In this document: positions 24,550 through 35,230 of the stretch, one piece after another
Layout: the number at the start of each line of letters is the position of its first letter
Position numbering within the stretch: the stretch's first letter is position 1
Sequence record: PV261924.1
Reading direction: 5' to 3' (one strand)
DNA length: 64,000 bases
Position numbers and translations under genes: made by a program
The notes under the pieces: model-generated
Database searches by the model: none
What the model was told of the DNA's origin: nothing
Seen by the model: only the letters and a program-made list of their open reading frames with translations

Positions 24550-25899
24550 TCAGGCAGTTGATGAAGCGGTCAATGAATGCTGTGAACCTGGTACTGCATT
24601 TTGAATAATGACTTCATAGAAGAATGACACACCATCATCACCTGTTGGATTAGAAATATCAATACTATATCCATTTCCGCCAGAATTATTAAATGCATAG
24701 TGACTTGCTGCTGAGTAAGTATATGCAAAAGGTGTGGTTACTGTTGCACTATCAGAGGATGTACCACTGGAGTTTGTAAATACTCTACACATAAACTGTG
24801 CAGCAGGGTGATTGTTTTCTGTGTTAGATGCTGTCCAAGAACCTGTAGCATTGATTGTAATCATTGCACTAGTTCTATCAGTTCCTACAAAAGTAAATCG
24901 AGTCAGTTGTCCAGAATTCAATGTATCTCTGACATAATACTTTTTAATTGCACCACCAGCAATCTCCTCATATCTATAGACTTGGTTTTGTGTAATAGAA
25001 CTATCGCCTAACTGTAAAGTGGAACCAGTTGATACATTGATGTTACCACCTGCTGTGATACGAAGTTTTTCTGATCCATCAACTTTAAATCTAATATGGC
25101 TATCGGGACCCTGATTACCCTCATCAGCAGCAATCACTAATTCATCTGCATCACCATCTATTCCAATAAAATTATTTCTTAAAAAACCAGATTTACTAAT
25201 TGTTATTCGTGATTGGGCGTTTGTAGTTGTATCAATATGAAGACCAGTTTGTGGATCATCTGTCCCGATGCCAACATAACCATTTGAATTAACTCTAAGA
25301 GCCTCAGTTCCACCAGCAGATATTGCAACTTGACCAGCAGCAGGGAAGAATACCCCAGTAGTTGTATCAACACCAACTAAACCAGGTGTTGCTTCTGTAC
25401 CATAACCAACTGATACTGCTGCACCAACAGGAACTGCAAGACCATAAGGGAACTTAGGTGCCTTTACACCACTCTTATCTGTAATATTATCTACTCTTAC
25501 TTTACCTTCACCACTAGCAAGAATACCAGGAGTATCTACATCTGTACCAATACCTAAAATGTCAGGAATAAAGTCATCACCATCGGCTACAATCAGGTCT
25601 GCATCACCTTGTAGGACAATGTTGGTATATTGTGTATATGCTGCTGAAGCAGATGCTGGTGGGTCTACAGTGATGGTAGAACCAATGGTCAGGTTTGCAT
25701 CAGTATAATATATCTTATTCAACGGACTGTTTAGGTCATCTGGTAACAATGAAGTACCAAGGCCACCAGGAGTACCAGTCAGGTTTGAGCCGTCACCATA
25801 GTATTCAATTGCAGTTACTACCCCCAACCTGACATTAACAGGATTTTGAGGGTTAGTAACCGCAGAACCAAAACCAGCAAGATTACGAGCTCTTGACAT
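24550..25899 (-). CDS. tail fibre-like protein, 449 aa
   Basis: GYVGIGTDDP, DGSEKLRI repeats. Confidence 0.7.
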   Translation of the reverse strand: MSRARNLAGFGSAVTNPQNPVNVRLGVVTAIEYYGDGSNLTGTPGGLGTSLLPDDLNSPLNKIYYTDANLTIGSTITVDPPASASAAYTQYTNIVLQGDADLIVADGDDFIPDILGIGTDVDTPGILASGEGKVRVDNITDKSGVKAPKFPYGLAVPVGAAVSVGYGTEATPGLVGVDTTTGVFFPAAGQVAISAGGTEALRVNSNGYVGIGTDDPQTGLHIDTTTNAQSRITISKSGFLRNNFIGIDGDADELVIAADEGNQGPDSHIRFKVDGSEKLRITAGGNINVSTGSTLQLGDSSITQNQVYRYEEIAGGAIKKYYVRDTLNSGQLTRFTFVGTDRTSAMITINATGSWTASNTENNHPAAQFMCRVFTNSSGTSSDSATVTTPFAYTYSAASHYAFNNSGGNGYSIDISNPTGDDGVSFFYEVIIQNAVPGSQHSLTASSTA

Positions 25900-25922
25900 T
25901 TTTTATACTTTTTAGTTATTTA

Positions 25923-27173
25923 TCAGAGACCTGCATCGGTCAAACGTTGCTCAAGGGTTTCAATTTTTGCAATAGCTTCTTGAAGAGCAGCTGTAAGAAG
26001 TGGTACGACGTAAGATTTATCAACCATTTGCGGATTAATAGAGCCATCTTCGTTCACTGCATCTTTTTCACCACCAACTGCATAAGGACAAACTTCGTCA
26101 AGTTCGTGGGCAAGAAAACCAACCTGCGGTACTGTGGGATTTTCAATGAATCTGTAATTAACTGGATTTAATCTCTTAACATCAGAAATTGCATTTGTAA
26201 GTGGTGTAATGTTTTCCTTTAGTCGGTAATCAGAACTGGTGGCCCAAAGCATATTACCATTATTATACCAAGCTTTGCCACGTTGGGTGCCTTGTTGTTG
26301 GCAGTCAATAAAGTATGCGTTCCCAGATGCTGTCTCTGTGTGATTCAAACTCATGATCCAGTCATTTTGACCTGTCTCAAACCACACCAAACAGTCGTTT
26401 GTTCCCTGACCACCACCGTTTCTAATTACTTGAAGACACTCAGCCTGACGGTCACCTAAATCATCTCCAATATGAACTTTACCGTCACGTTCAATTCTCA
26501 TCCCCTCTTGAGGGGCGCTTGCATTGTCAGCAGTTGTCCAAAACGAGATGCGACCTGGATAGTCTAGATTAGATTCTGTTCCATCATTCTCACCCTTAAT
26601 TTGAGCAAAAATGCCACCATTATAATCGGTAAAACTAATAGTACCTAAAGTGTCTCCTGCACCAATAGAACCAGCTGTAGTATTATGATTAAGTCTCAAA
26701 TAACTACCATTTCCATCATCAGTTAAAAGACCTCTCAGCACATTGTTTGTATAAAATGTTAAATTCTCTGACTCATATCCTACAAATCCAAGAGCGTTAT
26801 TATCATTTACAAGTTTTAAATAAACAGAATTTGATCCCGATTTTGTAAATTCAGCAACAGTTGTACTCCCCGCAACACCCTTTACGTCAAGAGTTACACT
26901 AGGAATCTCAGTTCCAATACCAACTCTGCCGTTGCTGTCGAGGCGTAAACGTTCAATGGAGTTAGTATATAAACTTAATTCATTATTAGCAGGGTTACCA
27001 ATAGATGCTCCTGTACCAATTACCACACCTTGTCTGGCAGTAATGACACCAACAGAATCTACATTGGTAACATCTTCATATGTGACTGTACCACCTACAG
27101 ATACACTCTGGTCAAAGGAATAACTTGTAGTTGCGCCAGTAATTGCACCGTCGCCTGAAATTGAAATTGGCAT
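25923..27173 (-). CDS. tail fibre with C-terminal intramolecular chaperone (peptidase S74-like)
   Basis: TSSDYRLKENI...GFLAHEL...coiled-coil C-terminus. Confidence 0.85.
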   Translation of the reverse strand: MPISISGDGAITGATTSYSFDQSVSVGGTVTYEDVTNVDSVGVITARQGVVIGTGASIGNPANNELSLYTNSIERLRLDSNGRVGIGTEIPSVTLDVKGVAGSTTVAEFTKSGSNSVYLKLVNDNNALGFVGYESENLTFYTNNVLRGLLTDDGNGSYLRLNHNTTAGSIGAGDTLGTISFTDYNGGIFAQIKGENDGTESNLDYPGRISFWTTADNASAPQEGMRIERDGKVHIGDDLGDRQAECLQVIRNGGGQGTNDCLVWFETGQNDWIMSLNHTETASGNAYFIDCQQQGTQRGKAWYNNGNMLWATSSDYRLKENITPLTNAISDVKRLNPVNYRFIENPTVPQVGFLAHELDEVCPYAVGGEKDAVNEDGSINPQMVDKSYVVPLLTAALQEAIAKIETLEQRLTDAGL

Positions 27174-27184
27174 TTACTTACTCC

Positions 27185-27814
27185 TTACAGAATGACCCAT
27201 CTTTCAGAACCAGGGATAGTCACTGTAACCCCAGCTGATACTGAAACAGGACCAACACTGACCGCACTGTATCCTGATGTTAATTGATAATTGGTTGTCA
27301 CAACTCTCTGGTTCTCTTGGAAGACTTTATCAGGTCCACCACCTCTTGCACCACCAGAGATTGCAATATCAATAGAACCATCACCCTTCAATGTAACTGT
27401 ATTACCAGCACCAGTGAAGTTCAGTGTGGATGTAACACCAATGGTTGTACCACCTGATTGAATACCAACTTCACCAATACCATCAACACTTGCATAAAGT
27501 GTTCCAGTGACTACCAGGTCACCACTGATAGTCTGTGATGATGCTGAACCTACAATGGCATCAGGAACAGCAAAGGTATCAAGAACCTCAATCGAGATTT
27601 CATCACCTGATTGACAAGCATCATTCAGTGTGACAGTAGAACCATCAGCTGCTGTGTAGTCAGTGGAATTCGTCAGGCGAACACCATTTCTAAACAGAGA
27701 CAGTTTGCCGAGGGTATAACCATCAGTGACTGTAAATAAAGTCTGTCCTGCAGTTGCGGAAAACCTTAGTACTCTATAATTGTTTTGACTGGATATAGGA
27801 TTTCCAATGGCCAT
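27185..27814 (-). CDS. tail/baseplate-associated protein, 209 aa
   Basis: ATAGQTLF...LFRNGVRL...DYTA.DG module typical of T4-like cyanophage tail proteins. Confidence 0.7.
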   Translation of the reverse strand: MAIGNPISSQNNYRVLRFSATAGQTLFTVTDGYTLGKLSLFRNGVRLTNSTDYTAADGSTVTLNDACQSGDEISIEVLDTFAVPDAIVGSASSQTISGDLVVTGTLYASVDGIGEVGIQSGGTTIGVTSTLNFTGAGNTVTLKGDGSIDIAISGGARGGGPDKVFQENQRVVTTNYQLTSGYSAVSVGPVSVSAGVTVTIPGSERWVIL

Positions 27815-27837
27815 TGTAAAACCTTTTTAGTTATTTA

Positions 27838-30800
27838 TTATTTAGCGTTGGCAGTCTTGAATGGTGATTCAGCGAAGGCAGCGAAGATGTAAGTTGCTCC
27901 ACTATTATTTCCACCAAATCCCGATGCTTGTCTTACCTTAAAACCATTGGATAAGAAATCTACATCATGAGCATTATCAGTTTCCCTATCATTGGTATTT
28001 GCGAATAATACTGCAGTGATTGGGTTTATTGTTTTTCTTGAATTATCAAAAATATACCAATTTGTTGCAAGTGTTGAAGACTTAATCATAACCCATGCCG
28101 GTTTAAACCCACAATACACAAAAGGTCCATCAGTACTTGCATTACCAATATAACTTCCAAACTTACTGTAACCTTCTATTTCTGTCCAGCAGTAAGCAAC
28201 AATGTCCTGATTACCCGTACCTGCTGCCTGACCAGTTGTTGTGGAATTTGCAAGACCAAAAGTGTCACTTCCTACAGAAGGCCAGAAAACATATGCTGCT
28301 TCAGAACTGTTTAAAGTGACGGAATTTTTACCAGCATCATTAATACCAGAATGATAAACTCTCCAGTTGACAGCAGCACTTCTATTTTTCAGGATAATCA
28401 TATTTGGAGTCTTATTTAAACCATGCCCAACTGTTTCTGTTGCAGTATTGCTTCCAGTTGAAGTATATGTTACAATACTAACCCCAGCATCCTGATTTAC
28501 AGAAACTACAGAATCAATTGTTCCATCTGTGTTTACTGATGTGGTGCCTGCTCCTACTTTCCAACACCAGGCGACAAAGTTAGTTCCAGATTCATTAATA
28601 CCAATATTACTACCACCAGTTCCATAAACCATACTAAAACCATCATTATTAAACGAACTTATGCCTCCAAAATAATCACTAGAAGCACCTTCTACTGCTG
28701 ATGAATTGGGCAATAAGAAATTATCTTTTCCAGCACCACGAACAGAATCAAAGGCACGATGATTATATGCGGAAGGACTTCTTGACTTAATCCAAACCAA
28801 GTCAGGAGTAAATCCAACACCTACAATACTTCTACCACTATTACCATCACCAGTCCAAAGCACAGTCTTAAAGTAATCACCAGGATCAGAAATCGCAGGA
28901 GTTGGTAAGTTGTCCTCACATAATGCTAGGAATCCACTTGGAGGTTGATATCTAAATTCACCTTTTCCATTGGAATCAGCATTTCTTTGTGTTGATGCTG
29001 CTGAAACTTGACCAGAGAATGTTGGGTTTTGACCAAAGTTCCAATTGACCGTGGTTTGAGTACCACCTGACTCTCTGTAAGAAAATCTATAATCTCTCTC
29101 TGGAGTAGTGGAGATACCAGTAGCCATTGCGGTTCCACTAGTATCAACTACTTCATTTTTTGCAATCCAAACACTTCCAATGTCTGCGTCATATGCAATA
29201 GCAAGAATGTCACCAGTACTAAATGCACTTAAATTACCATTGTCTGTACCACTGGTAGCAACTGTACCATCCCACATTTGAACACTTACATTGTTAGTTC
29301 CAACTGTCGCCGCGTCGTGGTCTGCATCACTTACAAGTATATTGCCTCTGGCTTGTTGGTCAACATCTCTTACCTCAACATACCATTTTCCAGAGGTAAA
29401 TCCAAATGTTGAGAACACATGTTTATCATTGGCGGTAGTTCCTGATACCTGTAAATTTCCTCTTGTCAGGGTTCCAGCTACAGCATTAGCTAATGGATTC
29501 AAAGTCGCAAAGTTATTTGCAGTACAATCAGATACTGCTCTCCAGGTTGCAATACCTACGGGTGTATAAGGTTTCGGAACATCAAAACCACCCTTGTATT
29601 TTGCTACACCTTTATAAACACGGAGGTCTTGTATATCACCAGTAAATTCGTCATTACTTGTGCCGTCCCAAGTTCCTATTTTAAATGTATCAGCAGTATT
29701 TGTATATAAAGTAGTTGGGGCATTTGTTAATATACCTACCACCACTCCATTTAGATATACTCTTAAATCATTTCCTTCTTTTTCTCCAACTACATGTGAC
29801 CATTGGTTAGTTGTCAAAATACTAACTGGTGAACTTACAACATGTTGAGTCGCAGCTGTTCCATCACCAGATACGATAAAATTAAGATCACCACTTGAAC
29901 CGTGATAAAGTAACCAACTTCTTCTATCAACACCATCGTAATTAAAAATTCCAGCAATTCCACCACCATCAGTTAAACTTGTGGGATTTATCCAAGCCTC
30001 TACCGTATAGTCATCAGATCCTGGTTGGAAGTCTGGATCATTGGCGGGTGATGTAAGATAGTCACCAGTCCCATCAAAGGTCATAGCACTTCCATAATAA
30101 TTCCCAAGTTCATAACCCACACCAGCGTCACCAACTGCTGTAAGTGTCTTATTAGTTCCACTACCTTTGATATCAGCAGAGTAATCTCTTGGTGCGTCTT
30201 CTTGTTTGACTACAACGTTGTCAAATATAGCAGTCGCAATTTCATTTGCATTTACTCTCAAAATAACATATAATGTTGTGGATGTTGCAGTAAATGAAAT
30301 ATATCTATTTCCATATCCACTATTTGATGGTCGCGCCGCAAAACTTGCTAAAGGATTGTTAGAATAACTCAAATAATATGCAATACTTGATGCGGTTCCA
30401 CCAACAAGATCAACACCTACAGTATATCTTTTACCAACTTCTACTGTTACTAACTGATATGCATATACTGGAGGATCACTAGTATCAGTATTACTTACTA
30501 CTAATTGACCCCCGACAACGGCCATAGAACCTTCGGTAACATCATTAATAGTCCAACCAGTAGTTCCATTATCAAAAGATCCATTAGTAACTAAATTAGC
30601 ACCAGTCGCAGTGGAAATACCAGGAACAGCAAGAACCAAATTAGCAGCATAAGAGTCACTTCTCAACTGACTGACATATGCATCAGAAGTTGTAGGAGCA
30701 CCATTACGTGGTTGTGGTAGGTCTTCTCCTTTCAGAGTGATAATACTGTTAGGAGTGGTGTGGAAGTCAGCACCGAAGTTGGAACTATCATTTATAGGAA

Positions 30801-31485
30801 GATAGAAACCATTGACACCAAATCCACCATTATTGTTGATAGAATTCTTAATTACTGATGGTTTCTTTGGAACCCATTGTCCTGGTCTGAAATCAGTGGA
30901 TTGTGTAGTGCCAGCAGAGACATATCCATTACCATCTTTATAGAAACCAAACACATCTGGTGTGAGTGCTTGACCGTCTACAAAAAACCAATCAAAATAT
31001 TCTTGTGATGGACCAGATGGAGCATATGGAACACCACCAACTATAACAGTACCAATGGTATGCATCACTTGTGTATTTACAGAACCATCATAGTTCAGAC
31101 TAGGATAACTACCAGTTAGACTATCTTGTAATGTACCATTTACATATAATTTTAATCTTTCTTGAGCAACACTTTTGGTAACATCCCATTTAAGTAATAT
31201 ATGCATCCAACTTCCAACATCCCTAAACACATTTGTAGTGTTTAATTCATGATCTACACCACCTTGATTTCTACCAAGTTGTATTGTTCCATCACCATTA
31301 AAATTTGCAACAGACTGATATGGTGATGAATCTTGTGTTGTATAAAAATTGAAAAAAGCACCAGAAGTATTATCTGGATTTTGATTTGCTGCTACAGCAT
31401 TCCTTTTAATCCAAAAAGATAAGGTCCAAGTATGTCTGTTGCCAGTGCTTGTAGGAGTTCTATGAAAATATTCGTTTACAGCCAT
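27838..31485 (-). CDS. large multi-domain adhesin (LamG/ConA-like, CBM-like and SPRY-like domains)
   Basis: WTLSFWIKR, NLVTNGSFD, YTVEAWINP...WSHVV, GKWYVEV, PDLVWIKSR motifs. Confidence 0.75.
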   Translation of the reverse strand: MAVNEYFHRTPTSTGNRHTWTLSFWIKRNAVAANQNPDNTSGAFFNFYTTQDSSPYQSVANFNGDGTIQLGRNQGGVDHELNTTNVFRDVGSWMHILLKWDVTKSVAQERLKLYVNGTLQDSLTGSYPSLNYDGSVNTQVMHTIGTVIVGGVPYAPSGPSQEYFDWFFVDGQALTPDVFGFYKDGNGYVSAGTTQSTDFRPGQWVPKKPSVIKNSINNNGGFGVNGFYLPINDSSNFGADFHTTPNSIITLKGEDLPQPRNGAPTTSDAYVSQLRSDSYAANLVLAVPGISTATGANLVTNGSFDNGTTGWTINDVTEGSMAVVGGQLVVSNTDTSDPPVYAYQLVTVEVGKRYTVGVDLVGGTASSIAYYLSYSNNPLASFAARPSNSGYGNRYISFTATSTTLYVILRVNANEIATAIFDNVVVKQEDAPRDYSADIKGSGTNKTLTAVGDAGVGYELGNYYGSAMTFDGTGDYLTSPANDPDFQPGSDDYTVEAWINPTSLTDGGGIAGIFNYDGVDRRSWLLYHGSSGDLNFIVSGDGTAATQHVVSSPVSILTTNQWSHVVGEKEGNDLRVYLNGVVVGILTNAPTTLYTNTADTFKIGTWDGTSNDEFTGDIQDLRVYKGVAKYKGGFDVPKPYTPVGIATWRAVSDCTANNFATLNPLANAVAGTLTRGNLQVSGTTANDKHVFSTFGFTSGKWYVEVRDVDQQARGNILVSDADHDAATVGTNNVSVQMWDGTVATSGTDNGNLSAFSTGDILAIAYDADIGSVWIAKNEVVDTSGTAMATGISTTPERDYRFSYRESGGTQTTVNWNFGQNPTFSGQVSAASTQRNADSNGKGEFRYQPPSGFLALCEDNLPTPAISDPGDYFKTVLWTGDGNSGRSIVGVGFTPDLVWIKSRSPSAYNHRAFDSVRGAGKDNFLLPNSSAVEGASSDYFGGISSFNNDGFSMVYGTGGSNIGINESGTNFVAWCWKVGAGTTSVNTDGTIDSVVSVNQDAGVSIVTYTSTGSNTATETVGHGLNKTPNMIILKNRSAAVNWRVYHSGINDAGKNSVTLNSSEAAYVFWPSVGSDTFGLANSTTTGQAAGTGNQDIVAYCWTEIEGYSKFGSYIGNASTDGPFVYCGFKPAWVMIKSSTLATNWYIFDNSRKTINPITAVLFANTNDRETDNAHDVDFLSNGFKVRQASGFGGNNSGATYIFAAFAESPFKTANAK

Positions 31486-31496
31486 TATGCTTTACC

Positions 31497-32105
31497 TCAA
31501 CCTAAAATTACTGAACCTGATGGGAAGTAATCAGTGATGATTTCTACCCAGTTTGTACCGTCGTATATCTCTAACGCCTTACTTGTACTATTGAATCTAA
31601 TGAAACCCTCCACACCTGTGGGTCTCTGTGCTGTTGTACCCTTTGGAAGTCCAATAGCATCAGTGTTCTGTGAAACATCAAGACTGACTTCAGGTCCAGT
31701 GCTTCCAATACCTACCGAACTACCTGCACCAGTGACATGAATACCACCACGCGTGGTGATGATACCAAGAGAATCAACGTTGGTGACATCCTCATAAGTC
31801 AGTGTACCAGCAACTGATACATTACCTAAAAGAGTTCTGGTGTCTACACTGAGGAATGTACCAACACCAAGTGGACTATGAATACCACTTGAACTGATGG
31901 TGGTAACACCGACTAATGTGGAACCAATACTTACAGTGTCACTGAATGTTGCGATACCAGTGATACTTAAGTTGTTGAATTCATAAGTATTTGATGCTGT
32001 GATGTTATCAGCGTCAATACGAGTTGCGGTAACCACACCAACATTCAGGTCGGTAGGTTGCCCTATAGCAGTTGAAAAACCTGATAATGTACTTGCTCTA
32101 GACAT
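31497..32105 (-). CDS. tail fibre-like protein, 202 aa
   Basis: YEDVTNVDS module; C-terminal LPKGTTAQRP...G.IRFNST...EIYDGTNW. Confidence 0.7.
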   Translation of the reverse strand: MSRASTLSGFSTAIGQPTDLNVGVVTATRIDADNITASNTYEFNNLSITGIATFSDTVSIGSTLVGVTTISSSGIHSPLGVGTFLSVDTRTLLGNVSVAGTLTYEDVTNVDSLGIITTRGGIHVTGAGSSVGIGSTGPEVSLDVSQNTDAIGLPKGTTAQRPTGVEGFIRFNSTSKALEIYDGTNWVEIITDYFPSGSVILG

Positions 32106-32126
32106 CTTGGTGTGTTTTTAGTTATT

Positions 32127-32187
32127 TATTCAGAGTCAACAGGTATGGTTAGTTGCTTTCAACTGCCAGTTTGGAGTTGCCTCCAGA
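32127..32187 (-). pseudogene. eroded remnant of a YLEWV..PLPADSE partner gene
   Basis: GAA AGC AAC TAA CCA TA- CCT GTT GAC TCT GAA TAA aligns with GAA GGT AAC ACA CCA TTA CCT GCT GAC TCT GAA TAA of 19741..19905. Confidence 0.6.
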
Positions 32188-33621
32188 TCAAAGTTCGGCA
32201 TCGAGTTGTAGGCTAGTGAATGTCAACCAATAAACCGCATTATCATTTACTGAAACGTTACTTACTGTGTAATCCAATGTTGGCTTAAGTTCCGAAAAAT
32301 TGCCGACGGAAAATGTGGCGCTACCAAAACTTATGTTCGTTGCGTCATACCTATATATCTGAGAAATAGTATTGTTCCTAAACACGGGAGTGCCCCTCAT
32401 CGAAGATGCTAGTGAAAGAGGAAACACTAAAGTTGTTGGTGAAGATGCGGCACCGAAAAGTCTTCCCAGCTGCCCAATCTGTTGAAAATATCTCTGACAC
32501 TTATCAAGCATATCACTATAACTCCGATGTTCAAAAGGCGTGGCTCTGGTGCCTACTTCTAATTGAACACCAGTGAGGAAAAATTCATCATCATTTGCAG
32601 AACCAATAGCAAGGTTATCTGAATTACGATTATTATTAACAAGTGCTCTCCACCCTCCTTGTGACCCTCCTGTAAAGGTAGAACCACTATTTAACCACCA
32701 AATAATGTCTAAACCACGACCACTATCATTATTAATAAGACCAGAAGTATCTCCAGGAATGGTAATTACTTTTTGCTCCCAAGTGTTTGTAGCATTAATC
32801 GTGTAACTTGCACTATACTGTCTATCACTGTTATCTTCTTGAATTAATTCAAGAGTGCCAGTACCAGTTTTAGTTGACCTTACCCAAAAGGATAAAGTCA
32901 TTGTTTTTGCATTTGAAGTCCCATAGTCAAGATGTTGTACATCTTGACCCTCAATGAAGTATACAATTTTGACATTATCAGTTGCACCTGGAGATGCTTG
33001 TCCTGCGGTACAAGTTAATCTCAATGAATTACGGAAACGTTCAGTTGAACCACTTTCATAAGTATCACCTTGAGAGTTAGTCATCCTGTCAGATGTCCAA
33101 GTTCCCATAGAAACATCAAGTCTAAAACGATCGGCGGTGTAATAACCAGTGCCAGAATTAATGGATGATACAGTATTACCGCGTTGTGCAACCTGCATCG
33201 CACCATTAATAACCATATTACGATTACTTAATGGTCCAGCAGAAGGATAACCTAGGTCATTGATACTACTAATATATGCCGTTGTTACACCAAGTGTAGC
33301 ACCAACACCCGCAATATGAACATTACCTCCAGTAACTTCAATACTTCCAATGTATGCTGTTCCTACGCCGATTGTAGAACCTGCACCTGCAATATGAACA
33401 TTACCTCCTGTAACTTCAATACCATTACGTGCAGTAATGACACCAACAGAATCAATATTAGTTACATCTTCATAAGTCAGTGTACCACCAATTGATACAT
33501 CACCACTAAAGGATGCACCACCAGTATAAGTAGTGAAACCAGTGACAGTCAGACCCTTGGGACAATCAGGTGCACCAGTATCAAAATGATTTACAATCTC
33601 ATTTACTTGGATCTTAGACAT
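32188..33621 (-). CDS. tail fibre-like protein (PLSNRN...TPFEHRSY family)
   Basis: paralogue motifs; internal 26-aa tandem duplication. Confidence 0.7.
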   Translation of the reverse strand: MSKIQVNEIVNHFDTGAPDCPKGLTVTGFTTYTGGASFSGDVSIGGTLTYEDVTNIDSVGVITARNGIEVTGGNVHIAGAGSTIGVGTAYIGSIEVTGGNVHIAGVGATLGVTTAYISSINDLGYPSAGPLSNRNMVINGAMQVAQRGNTVSSINSGTGYYTADRFRLDVSMGTWTSDRMTNSQGDTYESGSTERFRNSLRLTCTAGQASPGATDNVKIVYFIEGQDVQHLDYGTSNAKTMTLSFWVRSTKTGTGTLELIQEDNSDRQYSASYTINATNTWEQKVITIPGDTSGLINNDSGRGLDIIWWLNSGSTFTGGSQGGWRALVNNNRNSDNLAIGSANDDEFFLTGVQLEVGTRATPFEHRSYSDMLDKCQRYFQQIGQLGRLFGAASSPTTLVFPLSLASSMRGTPVFRNNTISQIYRYDATNISFGSATFSVGNFSELKPTLDYTVSNVSVNDNAVYWLTFTSLQLDAEL

Positions 33622-33643
33622 ATCACGTAAACTTTTTAGTTAT

Positions 33644-33811
33644 TTATTCAGAGTCAGTAGGTAATGGTGTGTTACCTTCTTCAACCCATTCAAGGTATTT
33701 TTGGTAGTCAGTATTGGCAGTATCAAGTGGAATAGTTCCGATACCTTGTCCATCGATTGCAATCAACTTTTTTGTAAAAAAATCGTAAATTCCAGTGTAA
33801 ATCATAGTCAT
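33644..33811 (-). CDS. small fibre-partner protein (YQKYLEWVEEGNTPLPTDSE)
   Basis: ORF track 33644..33829; ATGA coupling at 33811. Confidence 0.65.
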   Translation of the reverse strand: MTMIYTGIYDFFTKKLIAIDGQGIGTIPLDTANTDYQKYLEWVEEGNTPLPTDSE

Positions 33812-35205
33812 AACTCCGCAGAAATCCAAATGTCTTCTGTTGTAAAACCAAACAAAAACGACGTTCCTAGGTTATTGTTTGCATTGTTCGTATTTTTGTA
33901 GTTTGGATTTAAAATGTGGGTAGAGGAGCCGCTAGTAACAATAAAATTAAGTTCTGCGTTTGTTTCACCTCCATAATTTACATTTAGCATACCTGTTGAG
34001 ATTGTAGCTGATCCATCACTAGCTCTTGTTGTAGGTGCAGCCCTCATTCTTGAAATAACTATAGATCCTTCTAACCGTGCATCTGAGTATACTACACCAT
34101 TTGCACTTCTCGTGACCGATACGCCATTAGGCAGCATTTGGAAATAGCGCATACACTTTTGAAGATCATCCCCATAGCTCCGACGTTCAAATGGTGTACT
34201 TTTAGTTCCTACTTCTACCTGCAATCCAGTAACATAAAAGTCATTATTAAGCGTATCTGACCAAGTATTAGTCATGCCAGGTGTTCCAAATAAGTTTGAA
34301 TTATGCCAAGTGTTTGCTGTACCATGAAAAGTAGTACCAACATCAATACCCATCAGTATTTCTAGACCTTTCCCGTTTGTACTTTCAAAAGTTCCTGAAT
34401 CTGCCCCAGGGATTGTAAAAGTTTTATACTCCCAAGTATTTGCAGCTTGAATTGAATACTCTCCAGTGTAGTTTTTAGTGGCTGTGTTGTTTCTAAAACA
34501 AAAACCATAAGTGCCAGCAACACTAGATTTTACCCAAAAAGAAACGGCTACTGTTTTACAATTTGCGTTTCCATATTCAAGCTGATTTATATCATATCCT
34601 TCAAAAGAATATCCAAGAAGCACGTAGCCAAAAGCAGGTGTTCCTGCAGCGTTAGCGCTGACTCTCAATTTATATGAATATTGAAATCCTTGGCCTGCAG
34701 GTACATCCGTGTCTTGTGATTGATCAACGCTAAAAGTATTAAAAGTGCTGGAGTACGTTTTAAATCTGTCAATTAAGTATTCCCCGTCAACGGTTACAGT
34801 TACTGGTCCTGCTCCTCTTTGTGCTATTGCCATCGCACCGTTGTGGACCAAATTACGATTACTTAATGGACCAGTAGTAGGAAAACCTAAGTCATTAATA
34901 CTATCAACACCATAGACAGAACCAATACCTGCTGTGGATACACCAGTGATACTTGAACTACCTGATGTTCCATCAATAGTAACTGAACCAGTACCAATTG
35001 TTAGAATACCAGTGATTCTTGCATCACCACCAACGACCAACTCTGTTGTGGCACCACCAACTACTGTATTACTAAATGTTGATACCCCAGTTACAGATAA
35101 ACCACTACCAACATGTAAGTCACTTGAAATGGTAGTCACACCCGTCAGCACTGGTCCGTGAGAACCAGTCCTACCTGTAATAGAATTTACATTAATTGCT
35201 GACAT
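33808..35205 (-). CDS. tail fibre-like protein (PLSNRN...TPFERRSY family)
   Basis: paralogue motifs. Confidence 0.7.
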   Translation of the reverse strand: MSAINVNSITGRTGSHGPVLTGVTTISSDLHVGSGLSVTGVSTFSNTVVGGATTELVVGGDARITGILTIGTGSVTIDGTSGSSSITGVSTAGIGSVYGVDSINDLGFPTTGPLSNRNLVHNGAMAIAQRGAGPVTVTVDGEYLIDRFKTYSSTFNTFSVDQSQDTDVPAGQGFQYSYKLRVSANAAGTPAFGYVLLGYSFEGYDINQLEYGNANCKTVAVSFWVKSSVAGTYGFCFRNNTATKNYTGEYSIQAANTWEYKTFTIPGADSGTFESTNGKGLEILMGIDVGTTFHGTANTWHNSNLFGTPGMTNTWSDTLNNDFYVTGLQVEVGTKSTPFERRSYGDDLQKCMRYFQMLPNGVSVTRSANGVVYSDARLEGSIVISRMRAAPTTRASDGSATISTGMLNVNYGGETNAELNFIVTSGSSTHILNPNYKNTNNANNNLGTSFLFGFTTEDIWISAEL

Positions 35206-35230
35206 TGTTTATATCTTTTAAAGGTATTTA

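Noticed and set aside
17376-35205. Diversity-generating retroelement or invertase shufflon in the fibre array
   Set aside because: No reverse transcriptase or recombinase in the window, no template/variable repeat pair differing only at adenines, and the shared blocks are direct rather than inverted
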